Notes under the pieces: model-generated
What the model was told of the DNA's origin: nothing
Database searches by the model: none
Seen by the model: the letters and a program-made list of their open reading frames with translations, nothing else
Translations under genes and position numbers: made by a program
Assembly (NCBI GenBank): GCA_021648085.1
Contig: JAKITS010000001.1
Span: 618,759 to 682,758, forward strand
Length of the DNA: 64,000 nt
From: Candidatus Magasanikiibacteriota bacterium
GTDB lineage: Bacteria > Patescibacteriota > Patescibacteriia > Magasanikbacterales > UBA922
Direction: 5' to 3'
Shown here: piece after piece, positions 10,870-21,850 of the stretch
Layout: each line of letters opens with the position of its first letter
Numbering within the stretch: position 1 is the stretch's first letter

Positions 10870-11169
10870 TTAAAACTCCTTTTTTATTTTTTTCACAAAA
10901 TAAGATGATGTGAAATAAAGTAAAAATAAAATTATAGTAAAAATTAAAATTTTAGCACCATAAAACAATATATATGCGACTGTTAAAATAACTGCACCAG
11001 CCCCAAACAATCCACAAAAACTAGCGAGATAAAGAGATGGTTCTGAGATATTTTCGCTGTCAGTTTCAACCCTTATCAATAATGAAATCCACCTTGAAAA
11101 AAAATAAAGAGTTGTAAAAATGATAAACGAATAAAAAATATAAGTAGAAAGAGCAATCCCAAACAACAT
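10870..11169 (-). CDS. Hypothetical membrane protein (~3 TM)
   Basis: AAGGAGGT-tatt-ATG at 11169; hydrophobic segments. Confidence 0.7.
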   Translation of the reverse strand: MLFGIALSTYIFYSFIIFTTLYFFSRWISLLIRVETDSENISEPSLYLASFCGLFGAGAVILTVAYILFYGAKILIFTIILFLLYFTSSYFVKKIKKEF

Positions 11170-11259
11170 AATAACCTCCTTTGTTATTTTTATGTACTCC
11201 ATTAAAGATAAACTAAATTTTACTTTTTGTCAACAAAAAAGACGGCTTTTTTAAGCCGT

Positions 11260-12015
11260 CTATACCTCACACTCATCACCTTCTTCTACAATTTCCTTCT
11301 CATCCTCTCCTAACTCTGCAAAAATATCAAAATCCAACTCATGCTGAAGCTCGTCTATTCCAACCTGCCTATCTAAAAAATATTTCTCTGAAATATTTTT
11401 TAGAGTTGGAATAGTAAGATCACTATCAATATTAGACCTTTGTAAAAGCTGAATCATATCTATTTCATCCTCAAAATGAGATAAAGCAATATTACAATCT
11501 CCAATTTTATTCTTAACCTCTCTCAATTCGCCTACTAAATCAGCTATTTTGCAATTATTGGAATTCACAGCAATGTCTCCCAAATTATTACTATGCCTGC
11601 CTAAAATATCTAACTCTATTTTACGCTCCTCCAATTTAATTAATATTTTTTTAATCTCCCTTTTTCTTTTACACCAATAAGGTAGATGCCTAAAAATTAA
11701 ATCTTTTAAATACTCTCTTTCTTGCCAAAAATCTCTAGAACTCTCTTTTGGAATCTTATTAAACCTATGTTTCATTCTTCTTATGTAGCCATCGTCATAG
11801 TTTTTTTCTTGCTCTTCTGAAAAAGTTAACTCTTCTTTTTCCTTTTTCACACCAATTGCACCAAAAATTTTTAAAAGTATTACATCAAAAATATTATTTA
11901 AAAAATCAAAAATAGAAAAACCATTATTTTCTAATCTATTTGAAAATTTAAGATAAAACGCATAAAACAAAAATAAAAATATTATTAAAGTAAATATAAT
12001 ATAAAATAGATCCAT
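11260..12015 (-). CDS. Hypothetical N-terminally anchored coiled-coil protein (paralog array)
   Basis: GGAGGG-aaaa-ATG at 12015; TM helix; FRHLPYWCKRKREIKKI. Confidence 0.75.
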   Translation of the reverse strand: MDLFYIIFTLIIFLFLFYAFYLKFSNRLENNGFSIFDFLNNIFDVILLKIFGAIGVKKEKEELTFSEEQEKNYDDGYIRRMKHRFNKIPKESSRDFWQEREYLKDLIFRHLPYWCKRKREIKKILIKLEERKIELDILGRHSNNLGDIAVNSNNCKIADLVGELREVKNKIGDCNIALSHFEDEIDMIQLLQRSNIDSDLTIPTLKNISEKYFLDRQVGIDELQHELDFDIFAELGEDEKEIVEEGDECEV

Positions 12016-12133
12016 TTTTCCCTCCACTAGTTTTAAAGATCTAAGTTAAACTTAGCCTAAAAAATATCCAATGTCAATTGAAAAAATATTTTTACAAAAA
12101 AAAGGCATCCGAAGATGCCTTTTGAAAAACTAC

Positions 12134-12862
12134 TTAAAATTTAATTCTATAACCAACCATACTAGGACTTATAACCAGAGAACTCAATAAACCCTCCTCT
12201 TCACCTGTTAAAGACATATCAAAAACCTTTTTTAACCCCTTGTACAGTGGATATATGGAAAGTCCAGAAAGAACCAAAATTGTACCCCGTACAGCCAACT
12301 TCTCCCACAGAGAAGTATATCCCATATACTTTTCAAACATAACCAAATCATTAGTAGGACTATCGTAACAAATACCAGAACAAACATCTCGTGTAAAATC
12401 AATCCAAGCACCAAATGCAAATACCCACAATCCAAGCTGTGCATACTGATTACTGGGTAAAACATCATATTGCTCCAAAATAACATATGAATACAATACA
12501 CTCACACTTGTAAACTTGGGAGAAATAAAAATTAATGCTTCAGGACCAGACCTAATTTTATCCGTAGACCTTCCAGAAACTCCAAAATGAAATCCATGTT
12601 TATTTATTCCTGGATATGGTTGAAATTTTTCTATTTCATAACCTTCAGAAAGTGCAACGATAGTATGCGTACCCTCATGAATAAATGTCTGTAGAAAAAA
12701 GTCAGATACCAACATTCCAACACCTACACCAATCAAGTCATAATTATCAGCTGTAGAATTTTCCAATTTTTCTTTTTCTACCACTTCAGCGTATATATTA
12801 TTTTCTATACACCCAAAAAATAAAATGCCTATGAAAAGAGAAACCCAAAACTTACTAAACAT
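12134..12862 (-). CDS. Hypothetical membrane protein with HExxH motif (possible zinc metalloprotease)
   Basis: Signal/lipoprotein-like N-terminus (FFGC), HEGTH, several TM segments; GAGGTG SD. Confidence 0.6.
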   Translation of the reverse strand: MFSKFWVSLFIGILFFGCIENNIYAEVVEKEKLENSTADNYDLIGVGVGMLVSDFFLQTFIHEGTHTIVALSEGYEIEKFQPYPGINKHGFHFGVSGRSTDKIRSGPEALIFISPKFTSVSVLYSYVILEQYDVLPSNQYAQLGLWVFAFGAWIDFTRDVCSGICYDSPTNDLVMFEKYMGYTSLWEKLAVRGTILVLSGLSIYPLYKGLKKVFDMSLTGEEEGLLSSLVISPSMVGYRIKF

Positions 12863-13010
12863 CTAAACACCTCTTTTGTGTGTATGTTAACTAAAAATTT
12901 ACTTTTAAAGAACAGCTGATAATAACACAAAATAAGACTTTTGTCAAGTATGCAATTAGGTTTTTAAGTTGAATAAAACATTTAAATGTGCTATTATCAA
13001 TTAAACATAA

Positions 13011-14210
<1,200 letters not shown>

Positions 14211-14252
14211 TAAAAATTAACTAAGAATTATTTCCAAAATTTGGAGGAAAAA

Positions 14253-14552
14253 GTGAGAAAACAAAAAACAAAATTAAGTGAAAAGTTAAATTATCTATCA
14301 ATTACCACAGCTTATTTAATTTTTTTCTTGGCAATGAATAAACTGCCTCATTTAAACAAAAGAAAGGTTCAGGTTAATAAAAAAGATACAATATCAATAA
14401 TGATTTTGGTCATTTCACTCTTTTCCACCTCTCCAATTTGGATTCCAATTTTAGCTCTTTCTGTATTTATCGCACATTTTGAAAACAAAAAAAGAGATAG
14501 AAATACCAAAAGAAGAGAATATAAAGTTAAAAACAGAAGTATTAAAACTTAA
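14253..14552 (+). CDS. Hypothetical membrane protein (SD-led)
   Basis: GGAGG-aaaaa-GTG; hydrophobic segments. Confidence 0.5.
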   Translation: MRKQKTKLSEKLNYLSITTAYLIFFLAMNKLPHLNKRKVQVNKKDTISIMILVISLFSTSPIWIPILALSVFIAHFENKKRDRNTKRREYKVKNRSIKT

Positions 14553-14637
14553 AAACAAAAAAAGAAAAATATTAAAACAAATAAAAAACATAAAAGCACA
14601 ATTATATTGCGCTTTTTTATTTTATTTTTTTAAAAAC

Positions 14638-15672
14638 TTACCTCAAATACCTATTCACATTTGCATTATGTTCTGCAAGAGTTTTTCCATATTTTACCTC
14701 ACCTTCAAAAGTTGTCATAAAATACCATTCTTCATTTTTTTCAGGATAAATCGCTGCGATTATAGATTCAATTCCTGGGTTTGAAATAGGCCCAAGCGGA
14801 AGCCCGGGATATTTATAAGTATTCCAAGCTGAATTTGTAGCTCTATCTACACTAGTTGTAAAAACATCGCCACTTTTCCCAATTGTATAATGAACTGTGG
14901 AATCCGCCTGAAAAGCCCAGCCTGCGTCGTAACGACGCCAAAACAAATCTGATACCTTTGCCTTATCTTTTTCACTCCTTACCTCTCGCTCCAAAATACT
15001 TGCCATTGTCAAAATTTCATAAAAACTAAATCCAGAATTTTTAATTTGTGCATACATTTCCTCGGTAATTTGAGAATTTCTATGGTCAACCAATTTCAAA
15101 ATTATTTCCTCGAGTTTAGCGTCTTTATAAATTCTATAAGTATCTGGCGCCAAATACCCTTCCAAATTTGCATATTTTGGCTTATCCTCCAAAACTTTTA
15201 AATCACTATTTACAGTCTCACCTCTTCTATCTAAAATTTTATAATTAAAAGCAGGTTTTCCTACCAATTGATAAAATTCTTCGGTTGTCGCAACCCCTTC
15301 TTTCTCAAAATATTCTGCAATTTCTCGCAAACCCCAACCTGGCAAAATGGTAATTTCCCTCTCTTCAAAACTTGGTCTATCTAATGCTGACACAACTCTC
15401 GCCAAAGTTATTGGAGTTTTCACCTCATAAGTTCCAGCTTGAATTTTTTTATCCATTTCTTTCAAAGCTATAAAACGAGTGAAAAGCCAAGAATGACGAA
15501 TTATCTGATCATTCTCCAGACGCTTTGCCAAAGCCGAAACACTTTCACCTTGCTCAATAGTAAAAACTACACTATCAGCTTCTCGCGCTGGCGCTCTATA
15601 AATTTCTGAAAACAAAAACCAGCCACCAGTGACTGCACAAATTAGAAATAATGTAGAAACAATTTTAATCAT
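14638..15672 (-). CDS. mltG: Endolytic transglycosylase MltG (YceG)
   Basis: EGYLAPDTY, MASILERE, NTYKYPGLPLGPISNPG. Confidence 0.95.
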   Translation of the reverse strand: MIKIVSTLFLICAVTGGWFLFSEIYRAPAREADSVVFTIEQGESVSALAKRLENDQIIRHSWLFTRFIALKEMDKKIQAGTYEVKTPITLARVVSALDRPSFEEREITILPGWGLREIAEYFEKEGVATTEEFYQLVGKPAFNYKILDRRGETVNSDLKVLEDKPKYANLEGYLAPDTYRIYKDAKLEEIILKLVDHRNSQITEEMYAQIKNSGFSFYEILTMASILEREVRSEKDKAKVSDLFWRRYDAGWAFQADSTVHYTIGKSGDVFTTSVDRATNSAWNTYKYPGLPLGPISNPGIESIIAAIYPEKNEEWYFMTTFEGEVKYGKTLAEHNANVNRYLR

Positions 15673-15683
15673 AAAATAAAAAT

Positions 15684-16382
15684 TTAAACCTCTTTAAAAA
15701 TCTTCCAATTTTCATTTGCCCAAGCCAATCGCTCTGGCACACCAATATCTATCCACGGATGTTCAGACTCATAAACATGCAAATTATTCATATTTGGAAA
15801 CATATCGTATTCAACACTAAACGCGTCTTTTTCTGGAAAATATTTACTGACCTGAGGATTGAACAAATATACTCCTCCATTTATAAAACCTACAATTTTC
15901 TTACCTTCTTTTTCTTTAAATTCTTTTATCTGCTTATCATCGCCATAAAATAAAGTTCCATAACTAGAAGCATTTTCAACTTTTGAACCCAAAATTATTC
16001 CATCTGAGTCATCTTTTAAATTTTTATATATATCTGCAAAATCCACAGTTGTCAAAACATCACCATTCAAAATCCAAGTTGGCTTATTTTTTTTTGTAAT
16101 ATAATTCATTGAAAATTTAATTGCACCGCCAGTTCCAAGCCTTGTTGGTTCAATTGCATAAATTATTTTTATACCATTCCAACTTTCACCTACATGATTT
16201 CTTAAAACATCGGACAAATGTCCTGCCGCCAAAACAACTTCTTCCACACCCAATTTGGCAAATTTTTCCATTTGCCAATCAAATACAGTTTTGTTTCCAA
16301 TTTTTATCAAAACTTTTGGTGTGGTTTTTACAATTTCCCCAAGCCTACTTCCAATACCACCACACAAAATAATTGCGTTCAT
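15684..16382 (-). CDS. Sugar-phosphate nucleotidyltransferase (NTP_transferase family)
   Basis: ILCGGIGSRL, LGTGGA, NGD, INGGVY, WIDIG. Confidence 0.9.
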   Translation of the reverse strand: MNAIILCGGIGSRLGEIVKTTPKVLIKIGNKTVFDWQMEKFAKLGVEEVVLAAGHLSDVLRNHVGESWNGIKIIYAIEPTRLGTGGAIKFSMNYITKKNKPTWILNGDVLTTVDFADIYKNLKDDSDGIILGSKVENASSYGTLFYGDDKQIKEFKEKEGKKIVGFINGGVYLFNPQVSKYFPEKDAFSVEYDMFPNMNNLHVYESEHPWIDIGVPERLAWANENWKIFKEV

Positions 16383-16386
16383 AAAA

Positions 16387-16926
16387 TTAAAATACTAATA
16401 TTAAAGTCAAGAAAAATGATAACGGTGAGATAATTAAAGCTAGTAAAAATCCACCAAAAATATCGTAAGGATAATGGACCCCCACATAAACTCTTCCATA
16501 ACCTACCACAGCCGACAATAAAAATAAAGCTAAAACGAAGAAAAAACTAGCACCAAAATATAATGGCATTAGAGCAAACAAAAAAGATATTAAAGTGTGA
16601 TCTGAAGGAAAACTTTTCCAAGTTTGAAACGGTATTATTAATTGTTTTATATCTTTGAGTACAGCAATAGGTCTCTTTTGTGACCAAAATAAAGAAATTG
16701 TAAAACTAGCAATAAGTCCAAAAAATATTGAAATCCCCAAAGCCAAAAACATAAACCAAAATGTCACTGAACCATTGAATTTGAAATATCCCCACAAAAT
16801 TACAATTGCAGAAATTACATAAATAAGCCAAGATGAAGCAAAATACATTGCAAAATCAAGTTTCTCATTTTGACCAACTTTATTGTTCACTTTAAAAAAC
16901 TCTTTATAATTCCACGAAGTTTTCAT
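16387..16926 (-). CDS. PAP2-family phosphatase (undecaprenyl-PP phosphatase-like)
   Basis: KRP, SFPSDH, GRVYVGVHYPYD. Confidence 0.9.
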   Translation of the reverse strand: MKTSWNYKEFFKVNNKVGQNEKLDFAMYFASSWLIYVISAIVILWGYFKFNGSVTFWFMFLALGISIFFGLIASFTISLFWSQKRPIAVLKDIKQLIIPFQTWKSFPSDHTLISFLFALMPLYFGASFFFVLALFLLSAVVGYGRVYVGVHYPYDIFGGFLLALIISPLSFFLTLILVF

Positions 16927-16937
16927 ATTGTTTAAAA

Positions 16938-17474
16938 TTATGAATTTACTTTTAAATATCTTAAAACTTTTTCAGCACAAATAGTAGAACCAATATCATG
17001 GATTTTGTTTTCATCCAAAAGTTTTTCCAATTCTTCTAGCGAAATAAACTCAACTGAAATATCTTCCAAACTTTCAAGCTTTTGCTCCAAATTCTGCTCT
17101 ATTCCTTTTGCCAAGTAGAAATGTGCTTTTCCAATTGCCCACTTACTTTTATGCGAATTCCCAAGATAAATTAATTCTTTTGCAGAGCATCCAGCCTCTT
17201 CCTGCAATTCATGTTTTATTGTTTCTTCTGCTGACTTACTATCAACAAAACCAGCCACAAAAGTTTTCAAATATTCTTGTTGACCAATACAATATTGAGT
17301 AAGAAGTAAAATCTTATTGTCGTCTGTCAATCCACAGACAACTACAGAATCTCCAAGCAAAGAAATATAAACCTCGTCTTCTATTGTATTTTTATGTGTC
17401 TGGACTTTCCAATTTTCCACTTTCCTCCATTTAGATGGCGATACATCTTTTTTTTCTATTATTTTCCAACTCAT
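16938..17474 (-). CDS. NUDIX hydrolase
   Basis: Degenerate Nudix box AGFVD...IKHELQEEAG; ADP-ribose pyrophosphatase-like C-terminus. Confidence 0.85.
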   Translation of the reverse strand: MSWKIIEKKDVSPSKWRKVENWKVQTHKNTIEDEVYISLLGDSVVVCGLTDDNKILLLTQYCIGQQEYLKTFVAGFVDSKSAEETIKHELQEEAGCSAKELIYLGNSHKSKWAIGKAHFYLAKGIEQNLEQKLESLEDISVEFISLEELEKLLDENKIHDIGSTICAEKVLRYLKVNS

Positions 17475-17477
17475 ATT

Positions 17478-18461
17478 TTATCTTAGAATTTTGTGAATTA
17501 CCTTATACAAAAAATATTTAAAACCACTAAAAACAACATCAACTGCTTCTGGATAATTTTTCGGTTTACCGCCAAAACCAACTTTAAACCTTGTCACACC
17601 AGCCCAAGAGTGAAATTCATTCCAACACCAACCATTTGAACAATTTTTCTCTTCTCCACTTCCCTCCTTTTCTGCAGGTGCTGTTCCCCAAAAATCATAT
17701 TTTTCAAATCCATTTTCTTTTGCTTTTTGAATTACATCCCACTGAAGCTTGTACGGTGACATAACCTTACGATACTCATAATCCGAAGCTCCGTGCAGAT
17801 AAGTTGTCATATCACCCCACTCTACTATCAAATTTGATGCTACGGGCACACCTTCCAGATAAGCTACATACTGTTTTACAAAAGAAAGTTGCAACATTTC
17901 TGCATAATAATTTTTACTATGACTTTTTATCTTTTGTCTTGCGCTTGTTTTTTCCACCAAATTCCAAAAAATATCAATATCTTTACTTTCTCTTATCTCT
18001 ACACCTTTTTTACTTGCAAGTCTTATGTTATATCTAGTTTTACTATGCATTTCTTTTTGCAGATCTTCCTCACTGTTCTTTAAATTCAAAATCCAAGTAT
18101 TTTCTGGTTGTCTATTTTTTATTTTTTTTGCCTTAAACTTAGTTTTCACTTTTTTTTCTATATATTCAATTCTTACAAAGCTAAAACCTTTTTTCTTTAA
18201 AAATTCAAAAAGCAACTGCATTTCTTTTCTATTTGCAGAAATTCTAGGTAAATAAAGATATTTTATAAATTTTAAATTCTGGACAACTCCTTGAAATTGA
18301 TTTACAACTTTTTCACCATCCAAAACCTGAATTCGCAATATATTTTCCCCAGCTTTTTTTTTAAACTCACCCCACTGATAAACCTGCAAAAACTCAGACT
18401 TACTCTCTAAGTTTTTATTCCACTCACTTTTATTTTCACAAATTTTTACTTTCATATACAT
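17478..18461 (-). CDS. FemABX-family lipid II aminoacyl/peptidyl transferase
   Basis: FLQ..WG.FK, KTRYNIRLA.KKGV, YDFWG, GVTRFKVGFGG. Confidence 0.92.
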   Translation of the reverse strand: MYMKVKICENKSEWNKNLESKSEFLQVYQWGEFKKKAGENILRIQVLDGEKVVNQFQGVVQNLKFIKYLYLPRISANRKEMQLLFEFLKKKGFSFVRIEYIEKKVKTKFKAKKIKNRQPENTWILNLKNSEEDLQKEMHSKTRYNIRLASKKGVEIRESKDIDIFWNLVEKTSARQKIKSHSKNYYAEMLQLSFVKQYVAYLEGVPVASNLIVEWGDMTTYLHGASDYEYRKVMSPYKLQWDVIQKAKENGFEKYDFWGTAPAEKEGSGEEKNCSNGWCWNEFHSWAGVTRFKVGFGGKPKNYPEAVDVVFSGFKYFLYKVIHKILR

Positions 18462-18570
18462 ATATACTACCTGATTTTACTAGTTTAAATCAAGAACTTC
18501 ACACTTTGACTTGATTTTTTTCCAAATATGGTTTATAATAATCCCGTTTTACGATATAATAAATATAAAT

Positions 18571-18735
18571 ATGGGACTTCCATCAAAACAAAGAACTTCG
18601 CGTTCAAAAAAAGAGAGAGCATCTCATTTTGCACTTAAAAAGACAATGTTGTCTAAATGTGAAAAATGTAGTGCTACCACTATGCCACACAAAGCTTGCG
18701 GAAAATGTGGCACTTATAAAGGTAAAAAAGTTTAA
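18571..18735 (+). CDS. rpmF: 50S ribosomal protein L32
   Basis: MGLPSKQRTSRSKKERASH...CEKC...PHKACGKCGTYKG. Confidence 0.95.
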   Translation: MGLPSKQRTSRSKKERASHFALKKTMLSKCEKCSATTMPHKACGKCGTYKGKKV

Positions 18736-18744
18736 CAAAACTAT

Positions 18745-19218
18745 ATGTCTAATAGACACCTCGCTCGTTCAATAGTAATGCAATGTCTTTATCAATGGGA
18801 TTTCAGAGAAAAACCAAGCTCTGCTCTTCCTGCAATTGTCGACCAAATGACCGAAGAATTTGGTATTGGTTTAGATGAAAACAAGAAGTATATTTTGGCA
18901 ACTGTCATGGATACTGTGAAAAATATAGATGAAATTGACAAAATTATTTCAAAGTATACAATAAACTGGCCAATAAACCAGATTACCTTGATAGACCGAG
19001 CGATACTTCGAATTGGTGTCTATGAGTTAAAATTCAACAAAGAAATTCCAGCAAAAGTAGCTATAAACGAAGCAATTGAAATTGCAAAAAGTTATGGTGG
19101 CCCCTCGTCTGGAAAATTTGTAAACGGTATTTTGGGTGCATTATTCAACGAAATGACAAAAAACGGAGAAGTTGTAGAAATTCCAAAAAAAGAAAAAACA
19201 CCTGAAGATAAAAAATAA
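18745..19218 (+). CDS. nusB: Transcription antitermination factor NusB
   Basis: [30 protein letters not shown]. Confidence 0.96.
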   Translation: MSNRHLARSIVMQCLYQWDFREKPSSALPAIVDQMTEEFGIGLDENKKYILATVMDTVKNIDEIDKIISKYTINWPINQITLIDRAILRIGVYELKFNKEIPAKVAINEAIEIAKSYGGPSSGKFVNGILGALFNEMTKNGEVVEIPKKEKTPEDKK

Positions 19219-19222
19219 AATT

Positions 19223-19969
19223 ATGATAAATGAAATGTACGAGAAAAAAAACTTCTCTGAAATTGAAAAGAAAACCGGTATCAAATTTAATGATCCAAAC
19301 AATCTTGTACAGGCATTTGTTCACAGGTCTTATTTAAATGAAAATAGAGATTTTTCTCTACCACACAATGAAAGATTGGAATTTTTGGGAGACGCAGTTT
19401 TAGAAATTGTAGTCACGGAGTATTTATTTGACACTTTCCTAAATCCAGAAGGAGAATTGACAAGCTGGAGAGCATCTCTTGTAAACGCAAAAATGTGCTC
19501 ACGAATTGCAAGCGAAATTGGTATGAACAATTTTATGCTACTAAGTCGCGGTGAGTCAAAAGATGTAAGCAGTAAAGCTCGCGAATATATTCTTGCAAAT
19601 GCACTTGAAGCTTTTATTGGTTCTATATATTATGATCAAGGCTGGGATTCTGCCAAAAAATTTATTCACGAATGGGTTATTTCAAAACTAGACAATGTTT
19701 TGGAAAATAATTTGTGGATAGATCCAAAATCTAGATTTCAAGAATCTGCACAAGAAAAACTGGGCATAACCCCAACATACAAAGTATTGAACGAGGAAGG
19801 GCCTGACCACAACAAAGATTTTACAGTTGGAGCTTTTTTAAACAAAGAAAAAATTGCCGAAGGAAAAGGAACTAGTAAACAAGAAGCTCAAACTTCAGCA
19901 GCAGAAGAAGCATTAAAAGTAAAAAAATGGAAAGGTTCTGAGGTTAAAATTTTAAAAAGAAATAAATAA
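19223..19969 (+). CDS. rnc: Ribonuclease III
   Basis: HNERLEFLGDAVL; dsRBD with GPDH and KQEAQ. Confidence 0.97.
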   Translation: MINEMYEKKNFSEIEKKTGIKFNDPNNLVQAFVHRSYLNENRDFSLPHNERLEFLGDAVLEIVVTEYLFDTFLNPEGELTSWRASLVNAKMCSRIASEIGMNNFMLLSRGESKDVSSKAREYILANALEAFIGSIYYDQGWDSAKKFIHEWVISKLDNVLENNLWIDPKSRFQESAQEKLGITPTYKVLNEEGPDHNKDFTVGAFLNKEKIAEGKGTSKQEAQTSAAEEALKVKKWKGSEVKILKRNK

Positions 19970-19993
19970 CTGTCCCCACTTAATTCTTAAAAA

Positions 19994-20066
19994 GCGCCTA
20001 TAGCTCAGTTGGTAGAGCAGTTGCCTCTTAAGCAAACGGTCGCAGGTTCGAATCCTGCTGGGCGCA
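19994..20066 (+). tRNA. tRNA-Lys (CTT)
   Basis: Cloverleaf GCGCCTA/TGGGCGC, anticodon loop ctCTTaa, GGTTCGAATCC. Confidence 0.95.
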
Positions 20067-20146
20067 CAAAATAAGACATGGTGCATAATACAGATAGCAT
20101 GATACATTGTTATACTAGTTGTATTATGTGCCATGTTTTTATATGC

Positions 20147-20218
20147 GCTCTTGTAGTGAAATGGATATCACCCTTGGCTTCGGACCAAGTATTCTAGGTT
20201 CGAATCCTAGCGAGAGCA
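20147..20218 (+). tRNA. tRNA-Arg (TCG)
   Basis: GCTCTTG/CGAGAGC acceptor stem, CTTGG-ctTCGga-CCAAG, GGTTCGAATCC. Confidence 0.93.
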
Positions 20219-20275
20219 CAAAATAATAAATTAATTGTTAAGACTAATTTAAATTTATTTAATTATATAGCTGAC

Positions 20276-21118
20276 ATGTTTTTAACAGAAAAACAATTAA
20301 CAGAAAAAAGCTACTATAACTCGATAGTTCACGATAAATGGGATAGTAAATCTTTATTAGTTGAAAGAGATAACCCTCCTTTTAGTGACTATAGTGGAGA
20401 TTTATTTGATTGTGCTAAAAAATATATAAGCGATTTTAAAAATAAAACTATTTTAGAAATAGGTTGTGGGAATGGTGAAATAAGTGTATGGTTTGCCAAA
20501 AATGGTGCAAATGTCTATGGATTAGATATAAGCGATGAAAGCATATCTATAGCAAAGCGTCGATCTATAGAAAATGAAGTTTCAGAAAAAACTAATTTTT
20601 CTGTATCTCCAGCAGAAAATACAAATTTTCAAGATAATTTTTTTGATATTGTATTTATAAATGTATCACTACATCATTTAGAAGTAGAAAAAGCACTAAA
20701 TGAAATAAAAAGAATACTAAAACCAAATGGAATTTTTGTAACAATAGAACCTTTTGTTTTTTCAAACACAATACAAAAAATAAGAACATCAAAACTTATT
20801 GTTAGACTATACCCAATAAGACAAGAAACACCAACAGAAAGAATTTTATTCCAAAATGATCTAAAATTAATACAAAACATATTCTCCACGGTAGAATACA
20901 AACCATACAGAATTTTTAGTTTATTTATACTTAAAATTAAACCTCTATTTTTTTTATTAGCCGACATATTTCACCAAAAAGAACTTAGTATAGAAAATAG
21001 ACGCCGCCTAATGAATAGAAAAATCCAAAATATAGACGAAGCAATTTTAAGATATCTACCTTTTATGAAATTCCTGTCAAGATATATAGTTATTAAAGCC
21101 AAAATAAATAAACTATAA
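20276..21118 (+). CDS. Class I SAM-dependent methyltransferase
   Basis: ILEIGCGNG, GLDIS, FDIV...LHHL, RILKPNG. Confidence 0.9.
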   Translation: MFLTEKQLTEKSYYNSIVHDKWDSKSLLVERDNPPFSDYSGDLFDCAKKYISDFKNKTILEIGCGNGEISVWFAKNGANVYGLDISDESISIAKRRSIENEVSEKTNFSVSPAENTNFQDNFFDIVFINVSLHHLEVEKALNEIKRILKPNGIFVTIEPFVFSNTIQKIRTSKLIVRLYPIRQETPTERILFQNDLKLIQNIFSTVEYKPYRIFSLFILKIKPLFFLLADIFHQKELSIENRRRLMNRKIQNIDEAILRYLPFMKFLSRYIVIKAKINKL

Positions 21119-21191
21119 AAAATATTTTTTGCACAAAAGACTTTTTTCTGATAAGTTTAAATTAAGTTCTTTTACAAAAAGGGAGGAGAAA

Positions 21192-21494
21192 GTGGTAGAA
21201 TTGCTAGGCATTTTTGGTGCCATAACTTCTACAATGATAGTTTTAGTAGGTTTACCATCTCAAATTTGGCAAACACACAAAACAAAAAGTGTAGAAGGTT
21301 TGTCTGTTCTACTTGTTATTTTTGTAGGATTAAGTTATCTTTCTTGGACTTTCTATTCACTTTTAAAACCAGACTGGTTTTTGTTTGCTGGGCAAGCCGG
21401 TGGTTCAGTTTTTGGTTTAGTATTTTTTTGCCAATTTGTATATTACAAAATTTTTTACAAAAAAAGAAAACAAAAAGGAGATAAAAATGCGTGA
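21192..21494 (+). CDS. SemiSWEET / PQ-loop family small transporter
   Basis: GLPSQIWQTHKTKSVEGLS, 3 TM; GGGAGGAG SD before GTG at 21192. Confidence 0.75.
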   Translation: MVELLGIFGAITSTMIVLVGLPSQIWQTHKTKSVEGLSVLLVIFVGLSYLSWTFYSLLKPDWFLFAGQAGGSVFGLVFFCQFVYYKIFYKKRKQKGDKNA

Positions 21495-21735
21495 TGTTCT
21501 TTTACCTTTCGTAATCATATTTGGAACAATTTACGGAGCTTACACCAAGTTTATGCCAGAAAATCCAGACTTAATGATGGTTTGCACTATTCTATCTGGA
21601 ATCTTGGCATTTATTGTTTATTATGTTCAAACGAGAAAAAAAAGAATGTTAGAAGAATCAACAGAAATGTTTGATTCAGAAACTAGAAAAAAATTCTTCT
21701 TTTTCAAACAAAACAACCAAAAACCTGATGAATAA
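21487..21735 (+). CDS. Hypothetical 2-TM membrane protein
   Basis: AAAGGAG SD, ATG overlapping upstream gene end; terminator at 21719-21747. Confidence 0.65.
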   Translation: MRDVLLPFVIIFGTIYGAYTKFMPENPDLMMVCTILSGILAFIVYYVQTRKKRMLEESTEMFDSETRKKFFFFKQNNQKPDE

Positions 21736-21850
21736 TCAGGTTTTTTTCTTTTTTGTAGTTTTTTCTATGTTTTAACTTGACTTTTGTACTAAAATATGGT
21801 ATTTTATATTACTGTTCATTTTACATTTCTAACCCAACAAGGAGAAAATC

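Noticed and set aside
9281-12125. Integron attC array or CRISPR interpretation of the repeated intergenic hairpins
   Set aside because: No RYYYAAC/GTTRRRY core sites, no integrase and no regular repeat-spacer period; better explained as terminator plus promoter.
14479-14784. Frameshifted coiled-coil continuation of the 14253 ORF
   Set aside because: A-rich sequence gives open frames easily, and this frame runs through the terminator into mltG antisense.
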